64,000 bases of DNA from Chiloscyllium plagiosum (Eukaryota), in the NCBI RefSeq assembly GCF_004010195.1, contig NC_057720.1, forward strand, positions 8,873,491-8,937,490. The letters run 5' to 3'. This document shows positions 23,460 to 36,523 of this stretch, one piece after another. Position 1 is the stretch's first letter; each line of letters opens with the position of its first letter. The translations under genes and the position numbers were made by a program. Under the pieces are notes generated by a model that had not been told where the DNA came from, ran no database searches, and worked only from the letters and a program-made list of their open reading frames with translations.

Positions 23460-24140
23460 TAGTTTTTGCGGATATTATGAAAGTCGGTGGAGTTGTTGAC
23501 AGTGAGGAAGGATGTGTCAGGTTACAGCGGGATATAGATAAGCTGCAGAGCTGGGCAGATGGGTGGCAAATGGAGTTCAATGTGGGTAAGTGTGAGGTGA
23601 TTCACTTTGGTATGAGTAACAAAAAGTGCTGCCGCATCTGGAGTATTGTGTGCAGTCTTGGTTGCCATACTATAGGAAGGATGTGGAGGCACTGGAACGG
23701 GTTCAGAGGAGGTTTACCAGGATGTTGCTTGGTATGGTAGAAAGATCGTATGAGGAAAGGTTGAGGCACTTGGGGTTGTTTTCATTGGAGAAAAGAAGGT
23801 TTAGGGGTGACTTGATAGAGGTGTACAAGATGATTAGGGGTTTAGATAGGGTTGACCATGAGAACCTTTTTCCACGTATGGAGTCAGCTATTACGAGGGG
23901 GCATAGCTTTAAATTAAGTGGTGGTAGTTATAGGACAGGTGTTAGGGGTAGGTTCTTTACTCAGCGAATCATGAGTTCATGGAATGCCCTGCCAGTAGCA
24001 GTAATGGACTCTCCCTCTGTATGGGCATTTAAACGGGCATTGGATAGGCATACGGAGGATAGTGGGCTAGTGTAGGTTAGGTGGGCTTGGATCGGCGCAA
24101 CATCGAGGGCACTGTATTTTTCTATGTTTTTCTATGTTCT
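23460..24140 (+). mobile_element. CR1 LINE 3' fragment
   Basis: LQRDIDKL, KCEVIHFG, PHLEYCVQ, RRFRGDL, WNALP; (ctatgtt)n tail. Confidence 0.92.
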
Positions 24141-25313
24141 AAAAGGTTTGATAGTCCAAATTGCTGTGCGAACACAATATTGTTGAAGTTGTTTAATGGT
24201 GGATTTTTAACTTTATTCCATTGGCAAGAGTAAAAATCAACCTGTTTGCCTTATCAGGTGACAAGATGATGTGGCTGCCTGCGTGTGTAGCTATTCCAGC
24301 CTCATTGACTGCTCCTTTTCAAGAAAGCAGCTAACCACTACCTTCTCTGGGTCATTTCGGGAGTGGGCAATAAACGCTTGCCTTCCCAGAGAAACCCACA
24401 TCCACACAAATATTTTTTTTTTTAATTAAATGATAGGTTTATTCAAAGGAGGAGGTATTTTTATTCTTTCATGGAATCTGTCCATCGCTGACAAAGCCAA
24501 CCTTTGTTGCACGTTCCCTTTAAGAAGCCGATGATGATTTGTGCTCTTGAATCACTTCATCCAATGCAACTGCAGGCCGGCTAGTTTAGCCTTGGCTGTG
24601 GGACATTTTGCAGAAGTGATTAACTGGAAAAAATTAACAATCGCTTGGGTAAGTGTGGTTTAATGAAGAAAGAACAAAATGGGTTATTAAGGGCAAGTCA
24701 GTTATTTGCTTAGGTGAGATAACAGGGAGGCTTGTATAGTATAATAGCTCTGAAAGGGTTAATACTTGACTGACAGCAGTAGGCACTGCCCACTGTGATG
24801 ACATCATGGGGACTTGGTCAGACTAAAGAATGAGCTTGAGGGAGAATGAGCTTGAGGGAGAAAGACCTGGAGTTGCTGTGTCCCTAACAGTTTCCATCAT
24901 AGTATAATCATACTCTTATAACCTTTCAATACATTTATACAAACAACTTCATGTTATTTATTCAACATGACTCTACAAGTTGCACTAGAAAGGCCTGCTC
25001 TCCAAATGTACACCAGATCACTTCATAAAAAACCACACAACACACTTGTAAGCAAACTCGCAGCTCATGGAACAAAAGGGGCGATTGCAATGTGGATATG
25101 AAATTGTTGAGTGACAGCAAGCAGAGAGCCTTGGCTAGTGGATGCTTTTCAGACTTGGGGATGATTCTTAGTAGTGAACTCAAGGGTCAGTGATTGCACT
25201 CCCCCACATATATTACTCATGACCTTGGGGCACAATTTCAAAATTTGCAGATAATGATACATTTGGATGAATTTTGAACAATGAGGAGGATGATAATGTA
25301 GACCTTCAATATC

Positions 25314-25690
25314 GGGCAGCACAGTGGCTTAATAGTTAGCACTGCTACCTCAAAGTGCCAAGGACATGGGTTTGATTCCATCCTCCGGTGACTGTCTGAG
25401 TGGAGTTTGCACTTTTTCTGCATGGGTTTCCTCTGAGTGCTCTGGTTTCCTCTCACAGTCCAAAGATGTGCAGGTTAAGTGGATTGGCCATGGGAAATAC
25501 AGAGCTGAAAATGTGTTGCTGGAAAAGCGCAGCAGGTCAGGCAGCATCCAGGGAACAGGAGAATCGACGTTTCGGGCATAAGCCCTTCTTCAGGAAAGGA
25601 TTGGGGATGGGTCTGTTTGGGATGACCCTCAGAGGATTGGGATGGGCTTGATGGGCTTTCACACCTTAAGGGATTCCATGATTCTATTCT
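25314..25690 (+). mobile_element. V-SINE with a nested PLE family A fragment at ~25500-25596 (-)
   Basis: SINE head/V-domain, then cagagctgaaaatgtgttgctgg..., then the SINE tail. Confidence 0.85.
25564..25595 (-). ncRNA. Minimal hammerhead ribozyme motif (intact core)
   Basis: Reverse complement TC-CTGAAGA-A-GGGC/TTAT/GCCC-GAAA-CG-TC-GA. Confidence 0.65.
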
Positions 25691-26345
25691 ATTGATTGAC
25701 TGATTTATTGTCACGCCTACTGAAATACAGTGAAAAGCTTCGTTTACGAGTAGTACAGGCAGATCACAGTAAGCAAGGATGTACAGATCTAAAAGACTTA
25801 GACAGAGGCACACAGGTTACATTGCTTATTGAGGTGAGAGAGTCCATTTATTAGTCTAATAATGGCTGGGAAGAAGCTGTTCCTGAACTTGCTGGTGTGT
25901 GTGTGTTTAGGTTTCTGTATCTTCTACCTGATGGAAGAGGTTGTCGGAGATCATTACTGGGGTGGGATCGGTCTTTGATGATATTGGCAGCCTTCCTGCA
26001 GCAGCAAGCCATGTAAATGGAGTCCATTGATGGAAGGTTGCCTTCTGTGATGGTCTGGGCTGAGCAAACAACTTTCTGTAGTTCCTTACGGTCCTGGGCA
26101 GAGAAGTTGCCGTACCAGGCCGTTGTTTATCTGGACAGTATGCTTTCAGTGGTGCATCAGTAGTAGTTGGTGAGGGTCCTTATGGACATGCTGAATTTCC
26201 TGAGCTGCCTGAGGAAGAAGAGGCATTGTTGTGCCTCCTTGATTGTCACATCTATGTGGGAAGCCCAAGACAGGTTACCGGTCATCATCATTCCAAGGAA
26301 TTTGACTCTCTCCACCCTCTCAACCTCAGTTCCGTGTATTCTGTG
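25690..26345 (-). mobile_element. Rex1/Babar-type LINE 3' fragment
   Basis: VERVKFLG...LSWASHI...KEAQQCLFFLRQLRKF C-terminal motif; tail ttttcactgta...tgacaataaa(tcaa)n. Confidence 0.8.
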
Positions 26346-26734
26346 ATTCAATAGGATGGAGACAGGTGTATGGAATGGGTGGAAAGTTGGCAGACGAAAC
26401 TTAATGCAGAGAAGTGTGAAGTGCTTAATTTTAGTGGGACTAACAGAAAGACAATACAAAAGTCATACAATTCTAAAGAGAGGTAGCGGAACAAAATGAC
26501 ATGGGGGTATACATGTGCATAAGTTATTGAAGATGGCTGCACATCCTGAGGCAGCAATGATTAAAGGATACAATGTCCTGAGCTTTATTAATTGGGAATT
26601 GTATACAAGAGCAAGGAAGTTGAACAAGTGCAGAAACGATTCACTGGAATGAAGTCCTCCAATTATATCGGTAGATTGGAGAAGATAGGACGGTTTCTCT
26701 TGGAAAGGAAAAGGTTGAGATGAGATTTGAGGTC

Positions 26735-27550
26735 ATAGAGTCAGAGAGCCATATAGCAGGGAAACAAAACCTTCGACCCAACTCCGACCACGCCAATCAG
26801 ATATTCTAAATTAACCTAGTCCCATTTTCCAGCATTTTACCCATACCCGTGGGGTGGCACGGTGGCTCAGTGGTTAACACTGCTGCCTCACAGTACCAGG
26901 GTCCCAGGTTCAATTCCAGCCTTGGGTGACTGTCTGTGTGGAGTTTGTACATTCTCCCCGTGTCTGCGTGGGTTTCCTCTGGGTGCTCCGGTTTCCTCCC
27001 ACAGTCCAAAGATGTGTAGGTCAGGTGAATTGCCATGCCAAATTGTCCACAGTGTTAGGTGCATCAGTCAGAATGGGGCTGGGTTACTCTTCAGAGGGTT
27101 GGTGTGGATTTGTTGGGCTGAAGGGCCTGTTTCTACACCTTAGGGAATCTAATTTATCCCTCTAAACCCTCCCTATTCATATAACCATCCAGATACCTTT
27201 TAAATGTTGCAATTATCCCAGCCTCCACCACCTCCTCTGGCAGCTCATTCCATAATTGCACCATTCTCTATGTGAAAAGGTTGCCCCTTATGTCTCTTTT
27301 AAATCTTTCTCCTCTCACTTTACATCTATAAATGTTGCAATTATCCCAGCCTCCACCACCTCCTCTGGCAGCTCATTCCATAATTGCACCATTCTCTATG
27401 TGAAAAGGTTGCCCTTATGTCTCTTTTAAATCTTTCTCCTCTCACTTTACATCTATGCCCTCTAGTTTTGGACTCCCCTACCCTGAAGCAAAGACCTTGG
27501 CTATTCATCCAATCCTTACCCCTCATCATTTAACAAACTTCTATAAGGTC
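26735..27550 (-). mobile_element. CR1 LINE 3' fragment with nested V-SINE and internal tandem duplication
   Basis: GESKTRGHRCKVRGERFK motif; 27201-27329 repeated at 27329-27456. Confidence 0.85.
26851..27152 (+). mobile_element. V-SINE (HE1-like)
   Basis: A/B boxes, V-domain, tail. Confidence 0.9.
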
Positions 27551-28519
27551 TTCATAAAGTCTTCACGTTTGTGAGGGGCTGAGATAAAATACTAGTGTCC
27601 GCTGGCATAAGGATTGAGATGAAAGGACACAAATATGAAGTAATTTTAAAAAAAAGCATCAAGATGAGACACGAGGAAGATTTTATTCACACATTACCTG
27701 ATCAGGACCTAGAATGCTCTTCCTGGAAATGCAGTGGAGATAAGGTCAACTCAGGTACTCATGAGGAGTTTGGATTCGTATCTGAAAAGGCAAAATATGC
27801 AGGGTAATAGGAAAAGGTAGGGGAGTGGCACTAGGTGAACTGTTCCTGTGGAGGTCCAATACAAACCTGATGGGCTCCTTCTATTCTATAACTATTCTGT
27901 GACACTGTTAGGGAAACTCGTGGTATTATTAGGAAGGAGTATAACCCAACAATCATGAAGAAATGACAATGTTACAAAATACTTCCTAATCAGGATAGTG
28001 CCTTGGAGGGGAACCTGCGGGTAATGATGCTCCCATGTATCTGTTGCCCATGTCATCCTAGATTTTGCAAGTCTTGGATTTGGTGACTTAGACAGGTGCA
28101 TCTTGTGAATAGTCCATACAGCTGCCATTGGGCATCATTGGTGGAGCTAGACACAGAGTTACATACACAAAAATGCATGTGGTGTACGGAGTGACAGGTG
28201 GTGAAGGCTGTTCTGAGGTCTGTTTCACAGGATGTGCTGAGATAATCCATTTGCAGATCAGAACGCTGCTTCACAATCTTCCATCTCCAGATACTTTTAC
28301 TTATTTGCAAGAAACACAAGGTCATTGGTTAACATTTATAAACATCTCTGACTTTTTAATTAAATGTCACGTTACAGCAACTGGTGAGGGGAAAAAAAAT
28401 AGGCTATCTTCTAACTTGAGATGACTGTTACCGGACAGCAAAACAACTCTTTCCACTCCAGATGCCTGAAGACTTCTGTCTTGAACATTCACACCTCTAA
28501 GCTTATCAACCACCTGGGA

Positions 28520-29140
28520 GTCACTCATAAAGTGATGAGCAGGAAGGCTACCTCTTTGATAACTGGTTGGTATTATGGTGAGGCCGAGGCCATACTTGGA
28601 GTACAGTGTACAGTTTTTGGTCTCCTTCCTTGCGAAAGGATGTACTGGCACTGGAGGGGGTGCACAGGAGGTTCACTAGATTGATTCCGGAGTTGAGACG
28701 GTTGGCATATGAGGAGATATTGAGTAGACTGGGACCATATTCATTGGAACGTAAAAGAAAACAAATAAAATTCTGAAGGGAATATGGAAGATAGAAGCAG
28801 GGAGGTCATTTCCACTGGCAGGTGAAAGCAGAACTAAGGCACACAGCCTCAAAATAAGGGGGGAAGCAGGTTTAGGACTGAGTTGAGGAGAAGCTTCTTC
28901 ATGCAAAGGTGAATTCCCTGCCCAATGAAACTGTTGAGGCTACCTCATTGAAAGTTTTGAAAGCAAAGTTAAATAGATTTTTGAGCAATAAAGGAATTAA
29001 AGTCTACAGTGAGCAGATGGGTAAGTGGAGCTGAGTCTACAAAAAGGTCAGCCATGATTTTATTGAATGGCCGAGCAGGCTAACAGGCCAAAAGGCCTCC
29101 TGCTACTCCTACTTCTCATATTCTTAAGTCCTTATGTAGT
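28520..29140 (+). mobile_element. CR1 LINE 3' fragment
   Basis: VRPRPYLEYSVQF...RRFTRLIP-like motif; 3'UTR ending cttatg. Confidence 0.75.
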
Positions 29141-29481
29141 CCCAGACCAATCAGCTACTTGTTGCTGGCCAAATCTCCATTCATACACACAGCTTGTTCA
29201 CAACAAGACTTCCGTTTACTGTTTGAATAAGCAGCTGTGTAACCAGAACTTATAATGAGTGTGAAGCAATTTCCTCTTTAAAAAGTTTAACAATCTTTGG
29301 CTTTGAAAACAGTGCTTTTCCCATTTCACTCCACAATAAAGAATACAGGAAAACAGAAAGGTATGAAGTTGGAAGCAGTTCAGAGGAAGCTTTCTTGACT
29401 AATGCCTGGAATGGGAAATTTTATGAGGAAAGATTGGACAGGCTAGAGTGGTATCTACCACAGTCTACCACATAATCTACC

Positions 29482-29795
29482 AGGGCAGCACAGTGGCTCA
29501 GTGGTTATCACTGCTGCCTCACAGCACGACGGCCCCAGGTTCGATTCCAGCCTCGGGTGATTGTCTCTGTGGAGTTTGCACATTCTCCCCGTGTCTGCGT
29601 GGGTTTCCTCCGGATGCTCCGATTTCCTCCCACAGTCCAAAGATGTGCAGGTTAGGTGAATTGGTCATGCTAAATTGCCCCATAGTGTTAGGTGCATTAG
29701 TCAGAAGGAAATGGGTCTGGGTGGGTTACTCTTCAGAGGGTCGGTGTGGACTGGTTGGGCCAAAGGGTCTGTTTCAACACTGTAGGGAATCTAAA
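29482..29795 (+). mobile_element. V-SINE inserted in an old CR1 fragment (29360-30190)
   Basis: A/B boxes, V-domain, tail. Confidence 0.9.
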
Positions 29796-30234
29796 ATAAA
29801 ATACCACATGGGATTTCAGAAGACCGTCATTATCTGAGATCCTGAAGGGACCTGACAAGGTGAATGTGGAAATGATATTTCCTCTTCTGGGAGAATCCAG
29901 AACTAGGCATCACCATTTAAAAATGAAGGTCATTCAATGGAAATAGGAAGTGAATTTTTTACTTTCAGAGAATTCTGTGTCTTTGGATCTCTCTTTCTCA
30001 AAAAGCAGGGATGCAGAATTCTGAATTTTCTTTAAGGAAGAAGTGGCTAGATTCTTGGTAAGCAAGGGGTTGAAAAGGTATCAAGGGTAAGCAGGATTGG
30101 GGATTTGAGGTTGCAATCATTACGTTCTTAAATGGCAGTGCAGTGTTGAGGGGCCAAATGGTGTTTGCCTCCTCCTAATTTGTATCTTCCCTTGCTCGTT
30201 CATCTCACGAAGTGGGGATTTGAAGATGACTTCA

Positions 30235-31020
30235 TGAACAGATGAAGTACAATGCGGGAAAGTGTGAGGTAAGAAGAATAGAGGCATGGACTGTTTTCTA
30301 AATGGGAAGAAAGTTCAGAAGTCTGAAGTGCAAAGAGACTTGGGAGTTCGAGCCCAGGATTTTCTCAAGGTAAACTTGCAGTTGGGTCAGTAGTTAGGAA
30401 AGCAAATGCAATGATGGCATTTATTTTAAGAGAACTTGAGTATAAACGCAGGGATCAACTTCTGAGGCTCTATAAAACTCTGGTCAGATCACATTTGGAG
30501 TATTGCGCACAGTTTTGGGTCCCATATCTCAGGAAGGGTGTACTGGCCCTGGAACATGTTCAGAGGATGTTCACGAGAGTGGTCCCAGAAATGAAAAGTT
30601 TAACAAATGTGGAACGTTTGAGAACTCTGCGTGGAAACTCGATGGAATTTAGAAAGCTGAAGGGCGATCTAATTGAAACATATAGAATACTGAATGGCCT
30701 GGACAGAGTGGATGTTTGGAAGATATTTTCATCAGCAGGAGAGTCTAGGACCCGAGGGCATAGCCTTAGAATAAAGGGACCGCCTTTGAGAACAGAGATA
30801 AGGGGAAACCTCTTCAGTCAGAGGGTGATGAATCTATGGAATTCATTGCCACAGAAGGCTGTGGAGGCCAGGTCACTGAGTATAAGTTTTTGAGTATCAA
30901 GAGGATCAAGGGTTACAGAGAATGTGGGAGCATAGGGTTGAGAAATTTATCAGCCATGATTGAATGGCAGAGCAGAATGGTGGGCTGAATGGCTTAATTT
31001 CTGCCCTTTGTCTTATGGTA
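30235..31020 (+). mobile_element. CR1 LINE 3' fragment
   Basis: LYKTLVRSHLEYCAQFW...GDLIETYRI...WNSLP. Confidence 0.92.
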
Positions 31021-31027
31021 TAAGAAT

Positions 31028-31156
31028 GATTCCTGATGAAGAGCTTATGCCTGAAACATCGATTCTCCCGCTCCTCGGTTGCTGCCTAACCTGCTGTGCT
31101 TTTCCAGCACCACACTCTCGATTCTGATCTCCAGCATCTGCAGTCTTCACTTTCTT
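31028..31156 (+). mobile_element. PLE family A 3' end with decayed hammerhead
   Basis: CTGATGAAGAGCTTATGCCTGAAACATCGA and tail ccagcatctgcagtcttcactttct. Confidence 0.75.
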
Positions 31157-31167
31157 ATAACAATGGA

Positions 31168-31520
31168 GCAGCAAGGTGACTCTGTGGTTAGCACTGCTGC
31201 CTCGCAGCACCGGGACCTGAGTTTGATTCCATCCTCGGCCAACTGTCTGTGCGGAGTTTGCATATTCGACCCTGTGTCTGCATGGGTTTCCTTTGGGTGC
31301 TCCGGTTTCCTCCCCCAGTTCAAAGATGTGCAGGTTAGGTGGATTGGTCATGCTAAATTGCCCATAGTGTCCAGGGATGTGCAGGCTAGGTGGATTAGCC
31401 ATGCGAAATGCAGGGTTATGGGGATTGAGTAGGGTGGTTTCTCTTGGTAGGATAGCCTTGGAAGGTTGGTGTGAACTCGATGGACTGAACGGCCTGCTTC
31501 CACACTGTAGGGATTCTATG
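31168..31520 (+). mobile_element. V-SINE, subfamily with internal tandem segment
   Basis: gatgtgcagg(t/c)taggtggatt occurs twice. Confidence 0.88.
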
Positions 31521-32266
31521 AAACAATGCATTGGCAGCTAGGGAATGAGTGTGGTCAGGCAAAATGGGATGAGTGGTCACAAAGTCTTAGTCACATTGGT
31601 GTATATGGGTGAAGAGGGATAGGAATCAGAAAACTGAAACCTTAAGTCCTACAACAGGAGATAAATGTACAAAGAAAAACAATCATTATCCACATCATTT
31701 CCTTCTCACATTGCTTTGTGCACTGTTATTTCATTAAGCATTAATGATGAACATTATAATGGACAACTTGGTTCATGTGGTGCAAACAAACTTCCATTTC
31801 TGATGTGTTATTAAAACACTAATGCAAATCTTGCAAGAGCCTTCTACAATTATAGGAAGGAAATGTATGTTAGGTAAATGAAGTACAACTCTGTTGATTG
31901 TGCAGCTGTGACAATATTAATGCAGCATTTTAGCTGCCCGAAAACCGAGGTTACAGCCAATGTTTGTTTTGCAAATCTGTGATAAAGTTGGGGAAAATAT
32001 TGAAATGTATGTTTTGGCTCAAGTAAATTGCAGTGTAATGTGCTGGGAATGTGTTCTTCCTCGCTGCTCAACTTACATCATCTCTTTTCAAGACCCTGAG
32101 CTGTGTAGCTTGACAACACACTCTGTGCATCCTGGATGATCTCCAGATCCCGTGCTGTAGAGTTGCTGGCTCCCTCTTTTGTTGGTGAGAAGATTAGAGG
32201 TTTTGCTCCTTCATCTTGTACTTGAAATCATGATTAGCGGAGTCCTGCATTGTCACTAGTACCATT

Positions 32267-32557
32267 GATTAGATTAGATTACTTACAGTGTGGAACAGGC
32301 CCTTTGGCCCAACAAGTCCACACTGACTCGCCACCCATTCCCCTACATTTACCCCTTACCTAACACTACGGGCAATTTAGCATGGCCAATTCACCTAACC
32401 TGCACATTTTTGGATTGTGGGAGGAAACCGGAGCACCTGGAGGAAACCCACGCAGACACGGGGAGAATGTGCAAACTCCACACAGAGAGTCACCTGAGGC
32501 GGGAATCTCTGGCACTGTGAGGCAGCAGTGCTAACCACTGTGCCACCGTGTCACCCA
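32267..32557 (-). mobile_element. V-SINE (young)
   Basis: (gatta)n tail; reverse complement of 4625-4939. Confidence 0.9.
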
Positions 32558-32559
32558 CC

Positions 32560-32789
32560 TCAGGGACTGACTGTGTGGAGTTTGCACATTCTCCCCGTGT
32601 CTGCGTGGGTTTCCTCCGGGTGCTCCGGTTTCCTCCCACAATCCAAAAATGTGCAGGTTAGGTGAATTGGCCATGCTAAATTGCCCATAGTGTCAGGTGA
32701 AGGGGTAAATGTAGGGGAATAGGTCTGGGTGGGTTGCGCTTCGGCGGGTCGGTGTGGATTTGTTAGGCCGAAGGGCCTGTTTCCACACT
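32560..32789 (+). mobile_element. V-SINE lacking head and tail repeat, head-to-head with the previous copy
   Basis: Starts at gactgactgtgtggag, ends at tttccacact. Confidence 0.9.
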
Positions 32790-33949
32790 TGCTTGGATGA
32801 ATCTCTGTCTCATTCACATCTATAGAAATAATGGCATTGGATTTCATGAAAAGGAAGGAAGCAGCTCATTGCCCATTGTGAAACAATTTTTACTGATCAT
32901 TTATTTCATTTTGATTCTGAGTTTTTTTTTGCATGTAGAGATTTCTCTGCTATTCTATGTAACAACAATCATTGCACATCAAAGTGCACACCATATGAAG
33001 CTTTGTTCCGAGAACAACTATTGCTATCTTAAAGATGTCCGCAAAAGAAATGGTTAAGCTCAACAATTAGAGTGACATTCTCTGCCCATCACCAGCAGGA
33101 ATGAATGGGATGGGTGAAAGAAGTAATGATAAATAATAGAGGCTAGACATATCAGGCAAGCTCTGAAGGCTGGTTGGTCAAGTTATTATGTTCATAATAA
33201 GCCAGCACGTTAATATACATGCTCTTGATCGATTGACTGCATAGAATGGAACACAGCTATTTTTCTGGAGTAAGCTGAGCCAGATATCACTCGGGAGAAG
33301 TTTGCTGTTTTGAAGGACATTGGAGTGTTGTTAGATGCCCAGAGCCTCACTGATGCGCCTTGTATGCCAGTATATGATGGACACAATAAATTTAGGGTTG
33401 GACCCTGGGCAGTGGTGTTCAGTATGTGATGAGTGGATGATAAGTTCAACGTGTTTGACAATGGTTGAAGGGCTTATGCCCGAAAGGTCGATCCTCCTGC
33501 TCCTCGGATGCTGCCTGGCCTGCTGTGTTTTTCCAGCGCCACATTTTTCAACAATGGTTGACTTTGCCCATTCACTGTGATTGAAAATCAGTTGTTATTA
33601 TTTTATTCGGTTGTATATGAAGACATTTGCGATATTCCTGAGAACTTACCAATATATTTTATCAATCCAAGAGTTTCATTGAAGTGACGTTTTCTGATGA
33701 GAAGTCTACATTGTCAGTCTATGAATGTTAATTTGAGATGTTGTGAGAAAGACCTTTCAGAGACAATTGTACCTTTTTGCTTCTGAGATGAAGGTGGATC
33801 AACCAATTAACAGCAGCAATGCCACCATCATTCCCAGAAGGGCTTGAAGCATCTATCAAGGCATTCTACTAACACAATGCCATATAACCAAGCACTTGAC
33901 ACTCATGAGGTGTAATTATTAATTGAAGATAGTTTGGACTTGTCAACAC

Positions 33950-34224
33950 AGGAAATCCCATCAGTGTGGAGCAGCCCTTTGAAGGCCATCCCACCCAGAT
34001 CCACCTCCATGCCCTTTTCCTGTAACCCTGCATTTCCCATGGCTAATCCACCTGACCTGCATACATATTGACTGTGGGAGGGAGCTGGAGCACCCGGAGG
34101 AAATTCACGCAAACATGGGGAGAACGTGCAAACTCCACCAAGACTGTTGCCCGAGGCTGGAATTGAACCCGGGTTCCTGGCGCTGTGAGTCAGAAGTGTT
34201 AATTACTGAGCCACTGTGCCACCC
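33950..34224 (-). mobile_element. V-SINE
   Basis: Reverse complement of the consensus. Confidence 0.85.
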
Positions 34225-34324
34225 ATATGGTGGAAGATGTCTTAAAACAAAGGCCCAGATACAGGAGAGTGTGGATACAACTGGTGTTGGCTTGTCCATG
34301 AGTGACATGGGTCTGCATGAGAAA

Positions 34325-35930
34325 TAGGCAAAAGTGAAGACTGCAGATGCTGGAGATCAAAGTCAAGATTAGAGTGTGCTGGAAAAGCATAGCAGGTCAG
34401 GCAACATCCAAGGACCGAGAAAATCGATGTTTTTAGCAAAAGCCCTTCATCAGAAATGAGGCAGGGAGCCTCCGGGGTGGAGAGATAAATTGGAGGGCGG
34501 GTGGGGCTGGGAAGAAATTAGCGAACAGTAGAATAGGTGGATGGAGGTGGAGGTAAAGGTGATAGCTCAGAGAGGAGGGTGGAGCAGATGGGTGGGAAGA
34601 ACGATTGGCAGGTGGACCAGGTCATGAGGATGGTGCTGAGGGTGGGTTGTTAGGGGGCATGGACCTGACCAGGTAGTCACGGAGGGAACGGTCTTTGCGG
34701 AAAGTGGAAAGGGATGGGGAGGGAAATATATCCCTGGTGGTCGGATCCGTTTGGAGGTGTTGGAAATGTCGGCAAATAATGCGATTTATGTGGAGGTTGG
34801 TAGGGTGGAAGGTGAGGACCAGGGAGTTCTGTCCTTGTTGTGGTTGGAAGGGTGGGGTTTGCAGAAGTGCAGGACATGGATGAGATGCGTTGGAGGGCAT
34901 CTTCAACCATGTGGGAAGGGAAATTATGATCTTTGAAGAAGGGGGTCATCTGGTGTGTTCTCTGGTGGAACTGGTCCTCCTGGGAGCAGATACGGCAGAG
35001 GCAGAGGAATTGGGAATATGAGGTAGCATTTTTGCAGGAGTTAGGGGGTGGGAAGAGGTGTAATCCAGGTAGCTGTGGGAGTCAGTGGGTTTGTAAAAAA
35101 TATCAGTGTTAAGTCGGTCATCATTGATGGAGATGGAGATGTCCAGGAAAGGGAGGGAGGTGTCAGAGATGGTCCAGGTGAATTTAAGGTCGGGGTGGAA
35201 TGTGTTGGTGAAGTTGATGAACTGCTCAATCTCCTCGTGGGAGCGCGAGGTGGCACCGATGCAGTCATCAATGTAGCGGAGGAAAAGGTGGGGAGTGGAA
35301 GATGGACTGTTCTGCATAGCCAACAAAGAGACAGACATAGCTGGGGCCCATGCAGGTGCGCATGGCTACCCCTTGGGTCTGGAGGAAGTGGAGGGATTCG
35401 AAGGAGAAATTGTTAATGTGAGGACTAGTTCAGCCAAACGAATGAGGATGTCAGTAGAAGGGTACCAGTGGGGACATTGGGAGAGGAAGTAGCGGAGGGC
35501 TTGGAGGCCCTGGTCATGGCGGATAGAGGTGTAGAGGGACTGGATGCCCATGGTGAAGATGAGGCGTTGGGGGCCAGGGAAACGGAGGAGGTGGAGGGCC
35601 TGCGTGTGTCCTTAATGTATGTGGCGAGTTCTGGAATAAGGGGAATAGGACAGTATCGAGGTAGGTGGAGGTAAATTTGGTGGGGCAGGAGCAGGCTGAG
35701 ACAATGGGTCGCTGGGGTGGTCCGGCTTGTGGATGTTGGGAAGGAAGTAGAATCGGGTGGAGCAGGGTTCCCGAACTATGATGTTAGAAGCTGTGGATTG
35801 GAGATCTCCTGAGGTGATGAGGTTCTGTATGGTCTGGGAGATGATGGTTTGGTGATGGGGGTGGAGTCATGGTCGAGGGGGCGGCAGGAGGAGGTGTCTT
35901 CGAGTTCACGCCTGGGTTCAGCTGTGGCTG
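34325..35930 (-). mobile_element. Penelope-like element, RT arm (pseudogenised)
   Basis: IQSLYTSI, FLRYIDDCIG, LPFLDI, YKPTDSHSYLDYTSSHP, LVLTFHP motifs; 3'UTR, decayed hammerhead (34424-34453) and tail at 34325-34640. Confidence 0.93.
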
Positions 35931-36523
35931 TGCCACCCTCCCATCCTGGCACCCTCCCTTGCCACCACAGGAATTGCAAAACCTGCACCCACACCTCCTC
36001 CCTCACCTGCATCCAAGGCCCCAAAGGAGCCTTCCACATCCATCAAAGTTTCACCTGCACATCCACCAATATCATTTATTGTATCCGTTGCTCCCGATGC
36101 GGTCTCCTTTACATTGGGGAACTGAATGCCTTCTCGCAGAACACTTTGGGGAACATCTCCAGGACACCCGCAACAATCAACCCCACCACCCCATGGCCCA
36201 ACATTTCAACTCCCCCAACCCACTCTTTTAAGGACATACAGGTCCTGGGCCTCCTCCATTGCCACTCCCTCACCACCCGGTGCCTGGAGGAAGAACGCCT
36301 CATCTTCCACCTCGGAATACTTCAACCCCAGGGCATCAATGTGGACTTCTCAGTTTCCTTATTTCCCCTCCCCCCACCTTACCCCAGTTCCAACCTTCCA
36401 GCTCAGCACCATCCTCATGACCTGTCCTACCTGCCAATCTTGCTTCCCACCTATCCGCTCCACCCTCCTCTCTGACCTATCACCTTCATCCCCACTTCCA
36501 TCCACCTATTGTACTCTTTGCTA
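35931..36523 (+). mobile_element. Penelope-like element, inverted arm with GIY-YIG endonuclease
   Basis: CKTCTH...NIIYCIRCSRCGLLYIGE...LEEERLIFHLGILQPQGIN; runs into the gap. Confidence 0.93.
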
